Assembly (NCBI GenBank): GCA_038087875.1
Contig: JAXLNO010000483.1
Location: 62,001 to 115,872, forward strand
Reading direction: 5' to 3'
Source: Malacoraja senta
Lineage: Eukaryota
Length of the DNA: 53,872 nt
A program made the position numbers and the translations under genes. The notes under the pieces were generated by a model that saw nothing but the letters and a program-made list of their open reading frames with translations, had not been told where the DNA came from and made no database searches. Below, in pieces: positions 51,383 to 53,872 of the stretch (its first letter is position 1; each line of letters begins with the position of its first letter).

Positions 51383-52375
51383 ACTGAAATACCATCTAGG
51401 CGATTGGGGGCTCGGGAAAGCACATCAGTGTTCTCCCTATCAAAGCGTGTGTAAAACGTATTGAGCTCATCAGGGAGTGATGCTCGCTGACAATTGAGCT
51501 GCCTCCTGGTTTTGCCTTGTAGGAGGTGATAGCATTCAAGCCCTGCCACAGTTGCCGAACATCCGTCTCATCCTCCAGCTTGGAGCAGGTCCCCTTTGGC
51601 CTTTTTGATGGCCTTACCAAGGTCGTATCTGGACTTCTTGTAGACCTCTGTATCTCCTGACCTGAATGCCCGGGATCTGGACTTCAGAAGAGAGCGGATC
51701 TCATGGTTCATCCAAGGCTTCTGGTTTTGAAACACACGGAAGGTTTTTGTTGGGATGCAGTCCTCCACACATTTCTTTATGAAGTCTGTAACGACTATGG
51801 CGTATTCGTTCAGGTCCGTTGCCGAGTCCCTGAACATTGCCCAGTATACAGACTCCAAACAGTCGTGGAGTTGTTCCTCTGCCCCCCCCCCCCCCCCCCA
51901 CAACCAGCTCTGTACAGTCCTCACCTCTGGAGGTGCACTCCTCAATTGCTGCCTGTAGGCAGGAAGAAGCAGCACCGCAGTATGGTTGGATTTTCCAAAG
52001 TGAGGGCGAGGGATGGAGCGAGTGGCGTCTTTGATGGTCGTGTAGCAGTGGTCGAGGGTGTTTGATCCTCTGGTGCTGCAAGAGACATGTTGGTGCAAGT
52101 TTGGGAGCGATTTCTTAAGGTTGGCTTTGTTGAAGTCCCCGGCTATGGTGGTAAATGCCTCGGGGTAAGTGCTTGTTGGCCACGGCGTGCAGCGCCGCCA
52201 GTGCCAGATGAACATCAGCCTGGGGTGGGATGTAGACCGCGGTCAGGATGATGGAGGTGAATTTCCTCGGTAGGTAGAAGGGACAACACTTCACAGGCAG
52301 GTGTTCCAGGTGTGGAGAGCAGGAGTTAGATAAGACTGCCACGTCTGAGCACCACGCAGAGTTGACCATGAGGCA
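51383..52375 (-). mobile_element. Rex1/Babar fragment with endonuclease region
   Basis: AVYIPPQ, IAGDFN, TLDHCY, SNH, NQKPWMN; overlaps the + copy sequence 3612-3992. Confidence 0.88.
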
Positions 52376-53872
52376 GGCTAACCAAACTGCCTTATCATGT
52401 TATTTTTAATGCCTATCAGTATGTACTGAGATCTAGATCCTGTACCAGAACCTTCTGCAAATCACAGTGCGGACAGCTTTATGTGGTGTGCTTAACTTTG
52501 TATTCCTGGCCTCTCAGGGATTTAGGGTTGTGCACCAATGATGTAAATGAGTAAATAGCACATAGTTGGTGCACTATCATACTCTCAAAAGATCAGATGG
52601 TTATTGAACCTCACATTCATTCTGTTTTTCAAATAAATCATACCTGAATTTGTGCTTTGTCTCCTTATATCTGTCTTTGTACATGATCCTTGGTTTCCTG
52701 AGATAACAATTGATTGAGATCTTGAAACTTTCAATGACCCAACATCTATAACATTTTCAAAAAGAGAATTTCAGGTTCGTTACACTCTTTGGGCAAAATT
52801 TGATTCCTAGTTTAAATCAGAAATGGACAAATTCAAATTTTAAGATACTGCTTTCTCACATCTTTAGGCAATCAACGTGTGTGCAGTGTATTTCTGTGCA
52901 AAACACGTTTTGAACTGGGTTTATTAGTTGCATAGCTGATTTTCTTTGTTTCAATTATGTTGCATAGGAAATTGAGTGGCTCCATTGCAGTCATTTTCAT
53001 TTCTGTTCCACATAATTTAGAAAAAAGGTTATGCAATGAGCAGTAAGTTCCCAGTTTATAAATATTTGATTTACTTATAATACCTAGACACCATTGTTTT
53101 TTTAATGTTTTTTTTTCATCTAACTAGAACCTTTCTTAATTACTCTCAAAGGATTATAGCTTTAAATCTCATTATTCTTGGGATTCTTTGGATGACAAAC
53201 ACAATGACAGTCATTGTATTCGCATTGCAATTTAATCCATAATTTAAATAATTTGAACAATAGTTTTGACGCTTTAGGTATTGTCTGTATTTGGACATTG
53301 AGTAATAATTAAGATTGAGGAGTGGAAAAAGTGAAAGCATAGTTTTGTCCTTCAGCCTTTTGCATTCTGTATACAATTTGTTCCCACTATACCAGTTGGT
53401 GTTTTAAATATTCCTTTATAATTTCAAAAATCTTAATCAAAATCACTTAAAACCATCCCCTTCCGTGATGAAAACCAAAACTAGTGGAAGTATTCAACAA
53501 CTTGGATAGCTTCTGTGGAGAGAGCAACACAATTATGTATAGGAGGAAAAAAAAAACACCTCATTTTAATGTCCTTTATGATCATTATAAAAACAGGCTT
53601 TCTAAATGTATCAAGCGCATGGTCCTTGTCTGAACACCAAACATGTCAATGCCTTTTCAAAGGCTCATGCTGTGGGTTTAAATAGAGGTTTGATTACATG
53701 AAGAGAGTAGACATGATTGCTGCTGAGTTCATTGAACTTGGGCAAGTGATGGATGGAATACTTAAATGAGCTTCGCTGCCCTGAACTGAGAGGAATAAAA
53801 AAAATCCTGCTCCTGGTTCCTATCTACTGACCCTGCTGGGAGCTGTATTAATGGATGCTGAATCAAGGTGGA

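Noticed and set aside
50614..51549. Pro/Gly-rich ORFs of 107-187 aa (similar ones at 36181-36701)
   Set aside because: They arise from low-complexity C/G-rich sequence that is open in several frames.

Overview
Vertebrate intronic DNA, inferred to come from a cartilaginous fish (skate/ray/shark-type CR1 LINEs, tRNA-derived SINEs and Penelope repeats). The only host-gene feature I can support is one 125-bp coding exon of a diaphanous formin (best match DIAPH2, + strand, 24454-24578), followed by a U12 AT-AC donor. The rest is two long introns filled with nested mobile DNA: CR1 and Rex1/Babar LINEs, Penelope fragments with minimal hammerhead cores, SINEs, a dead Tc1, hAT/Harbinger MITEs and four non-autonomous Helitrons. 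The most interesting signals are: (1) a 140-bp TSD-flanked retroposon whose first 54 nt fit an HDV-like ribozyme fold; (2) a 588-bp TIR element carrying what looks like the first coding exon of TDP2; (3) Helitrons with variable CpG-rich, exon-like cargo. Family names come from motif recall, not database searches, and boundaries of old repeats are approximate.
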